DNA from: Polaromonas sp.
GTDB lineage: Bacteria > Pseudomonadota > Gammaproteobacteria > Burkholderiales > Burkholderiaceae_C
Length of the DNA: 64,000 bases
NCBI GenBank assembly: GCA_965228025.1
Contig: CBDDGX010000032.1
Location: 35,113 to 99,112 of the forward strand
Reading direction: 5' to 3'
The notes below the pieces were generated by a model that did no database searches, was not told where the DNA came from, and worked only from the letters and a program-made list of their open reading frames with translations. A program made the position numbers and the translations under genes. Shown here piece by piece: positions 11,050 through 21,084 of the stretch; the stretch's first letter is position 1, and each line of letters opens with the position of its first letter.

Positions 11050-12549
11050 ATGAGCCAGACCCAAACCATCGCGAACCCTTTTGCAGAAATGCAGGCCGGC
11101 CGCCCTACCGGACCGCTGGTGCAGGGCTATGAAGTCATCATCGGCTTCGAAACCCACACCCAGCTGACCACGCAATCAAAAATCTTCAGCCGCGCATCAA
11201 CATCGTTCGGTGCGGAACCCAACACCAACGCTTCGGCGGTTGACTTTGCACTGCCCGGCGCACTGCCGGTGATGAACAAGGGTGCCGTTCAACGCGCCAT
11301 CGAGTTCGGCCTGGCCGTCGGTGCGCACATCGCTGAAAGCAGCGTGTTTGCCCGCAAGAATTATTTCTACCCCGACCTGCCCAAGGGCTACCAGATCAGC
11401 CAGTTCGAGATCCCCGTCGTGCAGGGCGGCAGCGTCGAATTTTTCCTCGAAGGTGAGAAAAAGGCCGTGCGCCTTGTTCGCGCCCATCTTGAAGAAGACG
11501 CAGGCAAGTCTCTGCACGAGGACTTCATTGGCATGAGCGGCATAGACCTGAACCGCGCCGGCACGCCGCTGCTGGAGATCGTCACAGAGCCCGACATGCG
11601 CTCATCAGCAGAAGCCGTGGCCTACGCCAAGGAGTTGCACAAGATCGTGACCTGGATAGGCATCTGCGACGGCAACATGCAGGAAGGCAGCTTCCGCTGC
11701 GATGCCAATGTGTCTGTGCGCAAGCCGGGCGCCCCGCTGGGCACAAGGCGCGAGATCAAGAACCTGAACAGCTTCAGGTTCATGCAGCAGGCGATTGATT
11801 TTGAAATACGCTGGCAGATCGAACAGATTGAAGACGGCAAGGCGATTGAGCAGGCGACCGTACTGTTTGACCCGGACACCGGCGAGACGCGTTCGATGCG
11901 AACCAAGGAAGACGCGGCCGATTACCGCTACTTTCCGGATCCCGACCTGCCGCCACTGGTCATTGGTCGCGACTGGGTTGAGAAGACACGCGCGGAAATG
12001 AGCGAGTTGCCGCGTGTGATGGCTGCGCGTTTTGTGGCCGACTATGCCCTGCCTGAATACGACGCTGGCCAGCTGACACAAAGCAAAGCCACCGCAGCTT
12101 ATTTTGAAGCCGTTGCGGCCGCCAGCAAACAACCCAAGCTGGCCAGTAACTGGGTCATGGGTGAGTTGTCACGACGTCTTAACACCGAAGAAAAGCAGAT
12201 CGAATCATCGACAGTCGGCGCCGCGCAACTGGCTACGCTCATCACAAGGATTGCCGACGGCACCATCTCCAACAACGCCGCGAAGCAGGTATTTGATGCG
12301 CTCTGGACTGGCGAAGGCAGCGACGTTGACGCCATCATTGAGGCCAAGGGCCTCAAGCAGATGAACGACAGCGGCGAGCTCGAAAAAATCATCGACGACG
12401 TTCTGGCTGCCAACACGAAGAACGTAGAAGAAGTCCGCGCTGGCAATGCCAAGGCCATGAATGCCCTGGTCGGCCAGGCGATGAAGGCGACCAAAGGCAA
12501 GGCCAACCCTGCTCAGGTCAACGAGTTGCTGAAGAAAAAGCTGGGTTAA
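11050..12549 (+). CDS. gatB: Asp/Glu-tRNA amidotransferase subunit B
   Basis: [43 protein letters not shown]. Confidence 0.97.
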   Translation: MSQTQTIANPFAEMQAGRPTGPLVQGYEVIIGFETHTQLTTQSKIFSRASTSFGAEPNTNASAVDFALPGALPVMNKGAVQRAIEFGLAVGAHIAESSVFARKNYFYPDLPKGYQISQFEIPVVQGGSVEFFLEGEKKAVRLVRAHLEEDAGKSLHEDFIGMSGIDLNRAGTPLLEIVTEPDMRSSAEAVAYAKELHKIVTWIGICDGNMQEGSFRCDANVSVRKPGAPLGTRREIKNLNSFRFMQQAIDFEIRWQIEQIEDGKAIEQATVLFDPDTGETRSMRTKEDAADYRYFPDPDLPPLVIGRDWVEKTRAEMSELPRVMAARFVADYALPEYDAGQLTQSKATAAYFEAVAAASKQPKLASNWVMGELSRRLNTEEKQIESSTVGAAQLATLITRIADGTISNNAAKQVFDALWTGEGSDVDAIIEAKGLKQMNDSGELEKIIDDVLAANTKNVEEVRAGNAKAMNALVGQAMKATKGKANPAQVNELLKKKLG

Positions 12550-12577
12550 ACCCACGGCGCCAGCGCGGTACAACTCC

Positions 12578-12665
12578 GTCATCCCGGACTCGATCCGGGA
12601 TCCATCCCCTGAGGCAAGGGTTCAACGACGCGGATTCATGGATTGCGGATCAGGTCCGCAATGAC
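12578..12665. repeat. REP/RPE-like palindromic element
   Basis: GTCATCCCGGACTCGATCCGGGATCCA...TGGATTGCGGATCAGGTCCGCAATGAC: two hairpins bracketed by GTCAT/ATGAC, between convergent genes. Confidence 0.8.
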
Positions 12666-12682
12666 CCCTCCGGGCGAGGCTT

Positions 12683-13408
12683 TCAGTATTTGCCGGCGGC
12701 CGCTGCAGCTGGCACGCTCGCTGAGGCCCAGAGCGGCTTGAGCCTGCCGAGCTCTTCATCAAAGCGCGCATTGACGCGCTTTTTCTCGCTTTCCTGGTCG
12801 GCAATGACACGCTTTTGTGACGCGATGCTCATTTCGTTTTCGTCCACCCGGCGTCGCAGCGAAGGTGGTGCGCGCCCTGGGTCCTTGTTGTAGAACTCCA
12901 TGTCGGCATTGATGGCTTTGCGCTGCTCGGTGAGTTCCTGGCTGCGTTTGGTAGCCGCCTTGAGGGCCTCCTCAACCTGCACCAAAGCCAGGCTGCGTTC
13001 CTTGTCGTGCGCAAGCTTGTTGGGATAGCGCTGCAACAGCGCACGCTCCCGCTTCTTTTCTTCCGCCGCCTGGGCACGCACCTCGGCACCGGCTTTTTCC
13101 TTCTCTTCGGCGGCGGTACGCTCGGCCGCAGTCATCTGGGGCTGGATGATACGTCTGACAGCGCCGGAGGTGGCCGAGATTTCCTGCTGTGTGCGGTCCA
13201 TGCACTCGGCAATAGGGCGGTCAGATGTCAGCTTTCTGCCCTTCCCATCTACACAGGTGTAAATGCCCTGGGCCGCGGCTGACCCGGACACCAGCATCAG
13301 CAGCGCGCATCCGGAAGTCAAAAACAAGTCAGTAGAAGAAAACACAAAAACCTCAATTAACGCCGTAACGTTCCCTGTATGCCAAAACCGCCTTGTAGTG
13401 ACCACCAA
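12683..13408 (-). CDS. DUF4124-like secreted coiled-coil protein (start uncertain, probably nearer 13327)
   Basis: Signal-peptide-like segment, then [24 protein letters not shown]; RALLQRYP coiled coil; next to pyrE. Confidence 0.7.
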   Translation of the reverse strand: MVVTTRRFWHTGNVTALIEVFVFSSTDLFLTSGCALLMLVSGSAAAQGIYTCVDGKGRKLTSDRPIAECMDRTQQEISATSGAVRRIIQPQMTAAERTAAEEKEKAGAEVRAQAAEEKKRERALLQRYPNKLAHDKERSLALVQVEEALKAATKRSQELTEQRKAINADMEFYNKDPGRAPPSLRRRVDENEMSIASQKRVIADQESEKKRVNARFDEELGRLKPLWASASVPAAAAAGKY

Positions 13409-14099
13409 GTGAAGCGTCGGCAGCTTCGTTGCCGCCTTGCGCTGCCAGATACTGCAGCAAGTCGGTCAGGCGGGCAATTGAGCAGACATGCAAGCCCAAC
13501 TGGTTTGTGACATATTGCACAGCGCTGTAATCCACGTCAAGGCCGTTTTCGGTCGCTTTTTCCTGCCTGTCCAGCGCAATCGCCACGGCATGCGGTATCG
13601 CGCCGGCCGCCTTGATGATGGCAATGGACTCGCGCGCAGCTGTACCTGCCGACATCACGTCATCAATGATCAGCACCCGGCCCCTGACCGGCGCGCCGAC
13701 CAGGGAACCGCCTTCTCCATGGTCCTTGGCCTCCTTGCGGTTGTAGGCGAAAGGCATGTTGCGGCCCAGCCTGGCCAGCTCCACAGCCACTGCCGCCGCG
13801 AGGGGAATCCCCTTGTAGGCCGGCCCGAAAATCATGTCGAACTGCAGGCCGGTGGTCTTCTCTTCGATGAGCAGTTGCTGCGCATAAAATTGCGCCAGGC
13901 GGCCCAGCTTGGCGCCGTCGTCGAACAGGCCCGCATTAAAAAAGTAGGGGCTCAGGCGCCCGGCTTTGGTCTTGAACTCGCCAAACCGCAGCACGCCTGA
14001 TTCGACCGCAAACTGCACAAACTCAAGTGCCAGTTGACTGTCAGCTTCCGGGTCTGCATTGTTGTTTTTCGGCCCAGGCATTGGCGACAACTTACTCAT
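13353..14099 (-). CDS. pyrE: Orotate phosphoribosyltransferase
   Basis: [37 protein letters not shown] motif [11 protein letters not shown]. Confidence 0.97.
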   Translation of the reverse strand: MSKLSPMPGPKNNNADPEADSQLALEFVQFAVESGVLRFGEFKTKAGRLSPYFFNAGLFDDGAKLGRLAQFYAQQLLIEEKTTGLQFDMIFGPAYKGIPLAAAVAVELARLGRNMPFAYNRKEAKDHGEGGSLVGAPVRGRVLIIDDVMSAGTAARESIAIIKAAGAIPHAVAIALDRQEKATENGLDVDYSAVQYVTNQLGLHVCSIARLTDLLQYLAAQGGNEAADASLGGHYKAVLAYRERYGVN

Positions 14100-14314
14100 G
14101 GATCAATCCTTGTCTGAGCGGCAGGACATGAACACCCGGGATATACCCCAAGGCCAATCACTCTCCCATGCCGCGTGAGGAATTGTATGTGCGCGACAGC
14201 CCCCAAAGGCAACGCAGCCCTGCGGGAAATGCCTGCGATCCCAGGATGAACCGTTTTGTTGCGAAGATTCATTTCAGGCCACCCCTTTTTTTGGGCTTTC
14301 CCGATTCGTCTTTT

Positions 14315-14324
14315 TGGTATACCA
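14315..14324. promoter_or_regulatory. Putative GntR (FadR-subfamily) operator
   Basis: Perfect palindrome TGGTATACCA in an AT-rich promoter of an operon that ends in a GntR/FCD regulator. Confidence 0.55.
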
Positions 14325-14376
14325 TAATACCGAATTCCAATTAAGATATTAAAACTTTTTGTATCGGAGACATTCA

Positions 14377-15375
14377 ATGAAGCCTTTATCACTTCCCCTC
14401 GTATTGATGCGTCAACTACGCAAGATCCCCGCCTGCCTCGCGCTAGCGCTCGGTGCAAGCAGCGCTTTCGCCGCATATCCCGACAAGCCGATAACACTGG
14501 TGGTGCCCTTCGCCCCCGGGGGCAGTTCGGACATCGTGGCGCGAAGCATTGCGCCCATGCTGGGCGAACGGCTGGGGCAAGCCATCGTGATCGAGAACGT
14601 ATCGGGCGCGGGCGGCATGCTGGGCACACAACGCGCAGTTCGTGCAGCCTCTGACGGCTACACCATCCTGCTCGGCTCAGGCTCGGAGATCCTGATCAAC
14701 AAGGTCATCAACCCGGCGCTGGCTTATGACGGCGTACGCGACCTTGCACCAGCCGTGTTTGTCGGAACGGGCCCGATGGTCCTGGTGGGCAAACCCGGCC
14801 TTCCCGCCTCCAATATGAACGAATTGCTGGCACTGGCACGCGCCAAACCCGGTGCTTTGAGTTACGCCTCGGCCGGCAACGGCACGCCCATGCACGTGGC
14901 CGGCGAGTTGCTGAAGATGCGCGCCAACATCTTCATGACCCATATTCCTTACCGCGGCGCTGCGCCTGCGCTGGTTGACCTGCTGGGCGGGCAGATAGAC
15001 CTGGGTGTCTCCACGCTCAGCGCTGCCCAGACCTACATCCGCTCGGGCAAGATCAAGGCATATGCCGTGACCAGCTCGAAGCCCTCCGAACTCGCGCCCG
15101 ACATTCCTGCACTGGGCGCAGTGAAAGGCCTGGAAGGTTTTGACCTCGGTGTCTGGTTCGGCCTGTTCCTGCCGGTCAAGACATCACCGGAAATCGTGCA
15201 AAAAGTGCAGGCTGCCGCGCAGCAGGTGCTGGCCGATCCGGCCGTCCGCAAAAAACTGGCAGAGCAAGGCATCAGCGCCTCGGGCGCTTCGGCAGAAGAA
15301 CTGCGCAAATTCATGGCCGTGGAGGTCGAAAAATACCGCGCCGTGGTGAAAGCCGCAAAGATCACCGCCCAATAG
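14377..15375 (+). CDS. Bug/TctC family tripartite tricarboxylate transporter substrate-binding protein
   Basis: YPDKPITLVVPFAPGGSSD, VIENVSGAGG, HIPYRGAAPA. Confidence 0.93.
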   Translation: MKPLSLPLVLMRQLRKIPACLALALGASSAFAAYPDKPITLVVPFAPGGSSDIVARSIAPMLGERLGQAIVIENVSGAGGMLGTQRAVRAASDGYTILLGSGSEILINKVINPALAYDGVRDLAPAVFVGTGPMVLVGKPGLPASNMNELLALARAKPGALSYASAGNGTPMHVAGELLKMRANIFMTHIPYRGAAPALVDLLGGQIDLGVSTLSAAQTYIRSGKIKAYAVTSSKPSELAPDIPALGAVKGLEGFDLGVWFGLFLPVKTSPEIVQKVQAAAQQVLADPAVRKKLAEQGISASGASAEELRKFMAVEVEKYRAVVKAAKITAQ

Positions 15376-15404
15376 ACCAGCACTCACCCAACGCAGGATT
15401 TTTT

Positions 15405-15995
15405 ATGCAAGACAACGGTATCCGCAAGCTCGTTTCCTTCCAGGAGGACACACTGATCGAAGGCCACAAAAAGGCGGCTGTGCCGCTGAAGATGTTCGGC
15501 GTCGCAGCCGTGCTGAAAAACCCGTGGGCAGGCCGCGGCTTCGTCGATGATCTCAGCCCTGAAATACGTGCACTGGCGCCCGTACTGGGCAAGCTCCTGA
15601 CAGACCGCATCCTCGCCATGGCGGGATCGGGCGAAATCATCGAGGCCTACGGCAAAGCCGCAGTCGTGGGCAGCAGCGGTGAGGTTGAGCATGCTTCTGC
15701 ACTGATCCATACGCTTCACTTCGGCAACTTCTACCGCAAGGCGGTAGGCGCCAAAAGCTATTTAAGTTTTACCAACGTGCGCGGCGGCCCCAACTGCTCC
15801 ATCGCCATCCCGATGATGCACAAGCACGACGAAGGCATGCGCTCACACTATTTGACTCTGCAATTTGCCATCAACGACTCGCCCGCACCGGATGAAATCG
15901 TCGTTGCGCTGGGCGCCTCCATAGGCGGCCGGCCTCACCATCGCATCGGCGACCGCTACAAGGATCTTGCGGAGCTGGGCAGCAATGAAACCTGA
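15405..15995 (+). CDS. DUF1185 ('amino acid synthesis' family) protein
   Basis: AAVLKNPWAGRGFVDDL, EAYGKAAVVG, GEVEHASALIH, DEIVVALG...GRPHHRIGDR recalled as this family. Confidence 0.8.
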   Translation: MQDNGIRKLVSFQEDTLIEGHKKAAVPLKMFGVAAVLKNPWAGRGFVDDLSPEIRALAPVLGKLLTDRILAMAGSGEIIEAYGKAAVVGSSGEVEHASALIHTLHFGNFYRKAVGAKSYLSFTNVRGGPNCSIAIPMMHKHDEGMRSHYLTLQFAINDSPAPDEIVVALGASIGGRPHHRIGDRYKDLAELGSNET

Positions 15996-16854
15996 GATCG
16001 ACACCCTGAGCGGCAAGGCCCCGGGCGGCCTTGCCGGCGGCACGGCCTACAGCGTTTACGGATCGGGAGAACCCGTCGTACTGATACATGGCGTCGGCAT
16101 GGAGCAGGCGGCATGGAAGGCACAGGTCGAGGAGCTCGCCGCCGACTACCAGCTGGTTGTCTACGACATGTTCGGCCACGGCAAAAGCCGGCTGCCGCCT
16201 GAAGGCGTCACGCTCGCGGCGTATGCAGACCAGCTGTCGGATTTGCTCGACCATCTGGGCATCACCACCGCCAATGTGATTGGCCATTCGATGGGCGCCC
16301 TGGTAGCGCTTGAGTTTGCTTTGGGCCGTCCGCACAGAACCATGCGCGTAGCCGCATTGAATGCGGTTTTCATGCGCACGCCTCAGCAGAAGGCCGCCGT
16401 GATGGAGCGCGCTGCAGCCCTGAAGGATGTCGGTGTCAGCGCCACGGTCGATGCGACCATCGCCCGCTGGTTCGGCACCCCCGTGCCCGACGCCCTGCGT
16501 GCATCCGCGCGCATGATTGCCGGCATTCTCGCGAATGTAAACGCCGCAGGCTATGCACGAACCTACCAACTCTTTGCCACCTGCGACAGTGTTCATGCAG
16601 ACCGGCTTGCTTCGCTGGAGATGCCCGCACTGTTCATGACCGCCGAGTTCGATCCGAACTCCAGCCCGGCCATGTCCGCCGAGATGGCGCACCGCGCGCC
16701 GCAGGGCGCACTCTCCGTGATCCCCGGCGCGCGCCACATGATGAACGTGACGGATCCGCAGGAGGTCAATCGCAGGCTCCGCAACTTCCTTGGGACGCCC
16801 ATCAAACCCCGTCGTCAGCCCGACACGGCCACGCAAGCAGCAGCGCGCACCTGA
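15985..16854 (+). CDS. Alpha/beta hydrolase (PcaD-like)
   Basis: LIHGVG oxyanion motif, nucleophile GHSMG, C-terminal His (GARHM). Confidence 0.88.
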   Translation: MKPEIDTLSGKAPGGLAGGTAYSVYGSGEPVVLIHGVGMEQAAWKAQVEELAADYQLVVYDMFGHGKSRLPPEGVTLAAYADQLSDLLDHLGITTANVIGHSMGALVALEFALGRPHRTMRVAALNAVFMRTPQQKAAVMERAAALKDVGVSATVDATIARWFGTPVPDALRASARMIAGILANVNAAGYARTYQLFATCDSVHADRLASLEMPALFMTAEFDPNSSPAMSAEMAHRAPQGALSVIPGARHMMNVTDPQEVNRRLRNFLGTPIKPRRQPDTATQAAART

Positions 16855-16934
16855 ACAACGCCTTTGCATGTGCAGCCATGCAGGCAAGCCACTGCCTTCC
16901 TGCATTGCAGAGCCGAGCAAACACGAAAGACCCC

Positions 16935-18431
16935 ATGAGCACCCTCAGTTATGACGACCTCCTGGTCAGCCGCTGCTATATCGATGGCCGCTGGGTAGAC
17001 GGCACCGATCACTTCGATGTCACCAACCCGGCCAGCGGAGCGGTCATCTCTACCGTGCCCTTGCTGGGTGAGGCAGAGACACAGCTCGCGATAGAGGCTG
17101 CCCACCGCGCCGGCGCACTCTGGAGGAAATTGCCTGCGCGTGAGCGCGCCCGGCTGATGCGGCGCTGGCACGACCTGGTGATGGCCCATGCCGACACGCT
17201 GGCGCGCATCCTCACCGAGGAGATGGGCAAGCCGCTCGCCGAAGCGCGGGGCGAGATCGTCTATGGCGCATCCTACATTGAATGGTTTGCCGAAGAAGCC
17301 AGGCGCGTCTACGGCGACGTGATTCCCTCACCACAAGACAACAAGCGTTTTATCGTGCTCAAGCAGCCTGTTGGCGTGGTGGCCGCCATCACGCCATGGA
17401 ACTTCCCCAATGCCATGCTGGCGCGCAAACTCGCCCCGGCGCTGGCCGCCGGCTGCACGGTGGTGGCCAAGCCCGCCGAGCAAACACCGCTGTCCGCCCT
17501 GGCCCTGGCCAGGCTGGCGGAAATCGCCGGCATACCGCCGGGCGTCATCAATGTGCTGACAGGCGATCCGGAGGCGATAGGCGGCGAGATGAGCCGCAAC
17601 CCGCTGGTGCGCAAGCTGACCTTCACCGGGTCCACCGAGGTCGGCAAGCTGCTCATTCGCCAATGCGCGGACACCGTCAAGCGGGTGAGCATGGAGCTGG
17701 GCGGCAACGCGCCCTTCATCGTCTTCGACGACGCCGACATTGACTCCGCCGTGCGCGGCGCCATGGATTCCAAATTTCGCAATGCGGGGCAGACCTGCGT
17801 GTGCGCCAACCGCATTTATGTGCATGACCGTATCTACGACACATTTGCCGAGCGCCTCGCAGGTGAGGTGGCCAAACTGCAGGTCGGCAATGGCATGGAT
17901 GCCGGTGTCACGCAAGGCCCATTGATCGACGCCAAGGCACTGGCCAAAGTCCGGGCGCACATCGCCGATGCGCTGGCCCATGGTGCAGTGCTGGCCACGG
18001 GCGGATCGCCCCATGCGCTGGGCGGATCTTTTTTTGAGCCCACGGTATTGCGCGATGTCACGCCGGCCATGCGGGTGGCGCGCGAGGAAACCTTCGGCCC
18101 GGTGGCGCCGCTTTTCCGCTTCAGGGATGAAGCAGACGTGATTGCACAGGCCAACGCATCGGAAGCCGGACTGGCCGCTTATTTTTTCACCACTGACATG
18201 GCGCGCGCCTGGCGCGTCGCCGAGGCGCTTGAATGCGGCATGGTCGGCCTCAACACCGGCCTGATCTCTTCGGAAGTCGCGCCCTTCGGCGGCACCAAAC
18301 AGTCCGGCTACGGCAGGGAAGGATCGCACTACGGCATTGACGATTATCTGGATGTGAAATACTTCTGCATCGGCGATCTCGACCAGGAACCCCACCGTGC
18401 CATCCCCCAAACCCAATTCGCTCAAGGTTGA
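16935..18431 (+). CDS. gabD: NAD(P)-dependent succinate-semialdehyde dehydrogenase family
   Basis: ITPWNFP, FTGSTEVG, ELGGNAP, catalytic GQTCVC, EETFGP. Confidence 0.85.
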   Translation: MSTLSYDDLLVSRCYIDGRWVDGTDHFDVTNPASGAVISTVPLLGEAETQLAIEAAHRAGALWRKLPARERARLMRRWHDLVMAHADTLARILTEEMGKPLAEARGEIVYGASYIEWFAEEARRVYGDVIPSPQDNKRFIVLKQPVGVVAAITPWNFPNAMLARKLAPALAAGCTVVAKPAEQTPLSALALARLAEIAGIPPGVINVLTGDPEAIGGEMSRNPLVRKLTFTGSTEVGKLLIRQCADTVKRVSMELGGNAPFIVFDDADIDSAVRGAMDSKFRNAGQTCVCANRIYVHDRIYDTFAERLAGEVAKLQVGNGMDAGVTQGPLIDAKALAKVRAHIADALAHGAVLATGGSPHALGGSFFEPTVLRDVTPAMRVAREETFGPVAPLFRFRDEADVIAQANASEAGLAAYFFTTDMARAWRVAEALECGMVGLNTGLISSEVAPFGGTKQSGYGREGSHYGIDDYLDVKYFCIGDLDQEPHRAIPQTQFAQG

Positions 18432-19092
18432 CCGCAGCGCAAAAACGTTGCGGGAGCTCACGCTGGAAAAAATGCGCGACGCCATCTTCAGCGAACACTT
18501 CAAGCCCGGCGAACGTCTGGTGGAGCGTGACCTGTGCGAGCAGCTTGATGTCAGCCGCTCGGTGGTTCGCGAGGTCTTGCGGCATCTCGAAACAGAAGGT
18601 CTGGTCGAGTCAGGCCAGCAAAAGGGCCCTGTGGTGGCCAGCCTCGATGCTGATCGTGCAGCACAGATCTACGAAATACGCGCCCTGCTCGAAGGCCAGG
18701 CCGCCCGGCTCTGCGCAGAAAAAGCCAGCGACGCGGCGATAGGGCAACTGGCAAAACTGAACGACCGCATCCAGGCCGCCTTCAAGGATGACGACTTCCG
18801 GGAAGTGCTGTCCCGGACCACCGCTTTTTACGAGGCGATGTTCAGCGCCGCTGGGCTGGCCGTGGCGTGGGACATCGTGCAGTCGCTCAATGCCCGAATC
18901 AACCGCCTGAGGTCCATGACCATCAGCTCCAGCGGGCGCAGCGCCGAAGCCGCAGAGGAAATGGCGCGCATCGTCAAGGCCTTGCGGGCGCGCGATCCCC
19001 AGGCCGCGCAGGAGGCCTCGCAGGCGCATGTCCGCCGGGTGGCACAGATCGCCGCATTACGGCTTTCAGGCACAGGCGCACAGACGCGCTGA
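18397..19092 (+). CDS. GntR family regulator with FCD domain
   Basis: PGERLVERDLCEQLDVSRSVVREVL HTH; IYEIRALLEG. Confidence 0.92.
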   Translation: MPSPKPNSLKVDRSAKTLRELTLEKMRDAIFSEHFKPGERLVERDLCEQLDVSRSVVREVLRHLETEGLVESGQQKGPVVASLDADRAAQIYEIRALLEGQAARLCAEKASDAAIGQLAKLNDRIQAAFKDDDFREVLSRTTAFYEAMFSAAGLAVAWDIVQSLNARINRLRSMTISSSGRSAEAAEEMARIVKALRARDPQAAQEASQAHVRRVAQIAALRLSGTGAQTR

Positions 19093-19153
19093 GTCCTGCG
19101 GGCTTGCGTTGCAAGGGCCCCTATACTGGGCCGCCCGATCATGGAGATGACCC

Positions 19154-20029
19154 TTGTTTAAATTGACCAGCCTCAACCTCAACGGGATTCGCTCCGCCAC
19201 CAGCAAGGGGCTTGAAGCCTGGCTGGGCAGCGTCAGTCCGGACTGCCTCTGCGTGCAGGAGCTTAAAGCCCAGGCCGCCGACATCAGCGAGCGTTTTGAG
19301 GAAATGGCCGGCCTGAAGGGGCATTTTCACTTCGCCGAAAAGAAGGGCTACTCCGGCGTCGCCGTCTACACAAAACATGAGCCCAGCGACGTGCTCGTCG
19401 GATATGGCTCAAGCGAATTCGACGCTGAGGGCCGCTATGTCGAAGTGCGTTTTGACAGCCCAGGTCGCAAAAACCTGCCCAAACTCTCCATCATCAGCGC
19501 CTATTTCCCCAGCGGCTCCTCTGGCGAAGAGCGCCAGGCGGCGAAGTTCCGCTTTTTGGCCGAGTTCTACCCCTACCTGTTGAACCTGAAAAAAACCCGC
19601 GACTTCGTGCTCTGCGGCGACATCAACATCGCCCACCAGGAAATCGACCTGAAGAACTTCAAGGGCAACAAAAAGAACAGCGGTTTTCTTCCGGAAGAGC
19701 GCGCCTGGATGACAGAACTGCTGCGCCTTGAAGAGGCAAAGGAAGCCGCCGAAGACGCGAAAGAAGCCAACAAGGCCGCCGACAAACTCAACAGCACCGG
19801 CGGCGGCGTGGTCGATGTCTACCGAAAGCTTCAGCCCACCACAACTGACGAGGCCTACACCTGGTGGAGCAACCGCGGCCAGGCCTACGCCAAGAACGTG
19901 GGCTGGCGGCTGGACTATCACCTGGCCACACCTGCGATGGCGGCCCTGGCCAAAACTGAGCACATCTACAAAGCGCAGAAGTTCTCTGACCACGCACCCA
20001 TCACTGTCGATTACGACTTACAGCTCTGA
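19154..20029 (+). CDS. xth: Exodeoxyribonuclease III
   Basis: NLNGIR, QELKA, GDINIAH, YTWWSNRG, GWRLDY, SDHAP. Confidence 0.96.
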   Translation: MFKLTSLNLNGIRSATSKGLEAWLGSVSPDCLCVQELKAQAADISERFEEMAGLKGHFHFAEKKGYSGVAVYTKHEPSDVLVGYGSSEFDAEGRYVEVRFDSPGRKNLPKLSIISAYFPSGSSGEERQAAKFRFLAEFYPYLLNLKKTRDFVLCGDINIAHQEIDLKNFKGNKKNSGFLPEERAWMTELLRLEEAKEAAEDAKEANKAADKLNSTGGGVVDVYRKLQPTTTDEAYTWWSNRGQAYAKNVGWRLDYHLATPAMAALAKTEHIYKAQKFSDHAPITVDYDLQL

Positions 20030-20178
20030 AAAAACAGGCTTTCGCTGTTGCGGCAGCAGCGAAGCGCAGGGCAACTGCCCTTCCGGTTATGCAGTGAACC
20101 GCGTACCATCGGGACCGTAACAGGGAGTTACAGCGTCTGAACAGGGAAATCATCCCGGCTGCGCATCGCACCATAACT

Positions 20179-21084
20179 ATGAAAATTTGCGACAACAGGC
20201 TGGCGGGGACGTTCAGGCCTGCATTGATGTGTACGGCGCTGCTGGCGATGGCGCTGGCCCTGCCCTCCATGGCCCTGGCGGCCGACAAAACCCCAGCTCG
20301 ACGCACCGTGCACATTCGCGGCTCTGTGTCATTCGCGGGCATCGTGCAGGCCCTGGCGGAGCAGTACATGCGCAACAACCCTGGCACTGCGGTCGTCGTC
20401 AGTGGCGGCGGCACATCGCGCGGCTACCTGACACTGCTCGACAACACGGCCGACATGGCCATCGTCAGCGGATCTGCCTCTGAAGACACCGAGGACGAGA
20501 TCGCCCGCAGCGGCGTCAAGCTGGTCAATGTGCCCTTCCGCCAGGTGGCGATGGCGCCTGCGGTTCATTTCAGCAACCCCATCAGCGACCTCAGCCTGGT
20601 GCAGCTGCGCGAAATTTTCTCGGGCCGCATCAGCAACTGGAAGGCTGTCGGCGGCAAAGACGTACACATCAACGTCTACATCGGCCCGCCTGGTGACGGC
20701 ATCACCAACGCCTGGAACGACAAGGTGCTCGGTGACACGGACACCTACACGCCCCGCGCGCGCAACGCCGAACTCGAACAGCGGATTGCCGGGGTCGGAA
20801 GCGACCCGGCAGGCATTACCTATCTCGCCACCGAGTCGCTGAAGAACCAGGAGCTCAAGGTCCTGTCGGTGAACAAGGTCATGGCTGGCGCCGACAGCGT
20901 GGCCAGCGGGCGCTACGTTCTGCTGGCACCGCTGATGTTTATCACGCGGGAAAAACCGTCACCCGAAGCGCAGAAATTCCTGCAGTTCGTTGGCAGCCTG
21001 TCGGCACCGATTTCAAACTCGGTCTTTGCGCTGCCACCCGCACCGGCCAGACCAGCCAACCCGGCTGCATCGGGCACGCGATGA
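20179..21084 (+). CDS. PstS-like periplasmic binding protein A (divergent)
   Basis: Signal peptide; IRGS, VSGGGTSRG, HFSNPISDLSLVQLREIFSGRISNWKAVGG, SGRYVL match the PstS/PBP_like_2 pattern. Confidence 0.8.
   Translation: MKICDNRLAGTFRPALMCTALLAMALALPSMALAADKTPARRTVHIRGSVSFAGIVQALAEQYMRNNPGTAVVVSGGGTSRGYLTLLDNTADMAIVSGSASEDTEDEIARSGVKLVNVPFRQVAMAPAVHFSNPISDLSLVQLREIFSGRISNWKAVGGKDVHINVYIGPPGDGITNAWNDKVLGDTDTYTPRARNAELEQRIAGVGSDPAGITYLATESLKNQELKVLSVNKVMAGADSVASGRYVLLAPLMFITREKPSPEAQKFLQFVGSLSAPISNSVFALPPAPARPANPAASGTR

Noticed and set aside
20113-20134. Pho box upstream of the PstS-like operon
   Set aside because: The best match (minus strand CTGTAAC-N3-CTGTTAC, also readable as a GTAAC-N5-GTTAC palindrome) has 10-bp rather than 11-bp periodicity; too weak.
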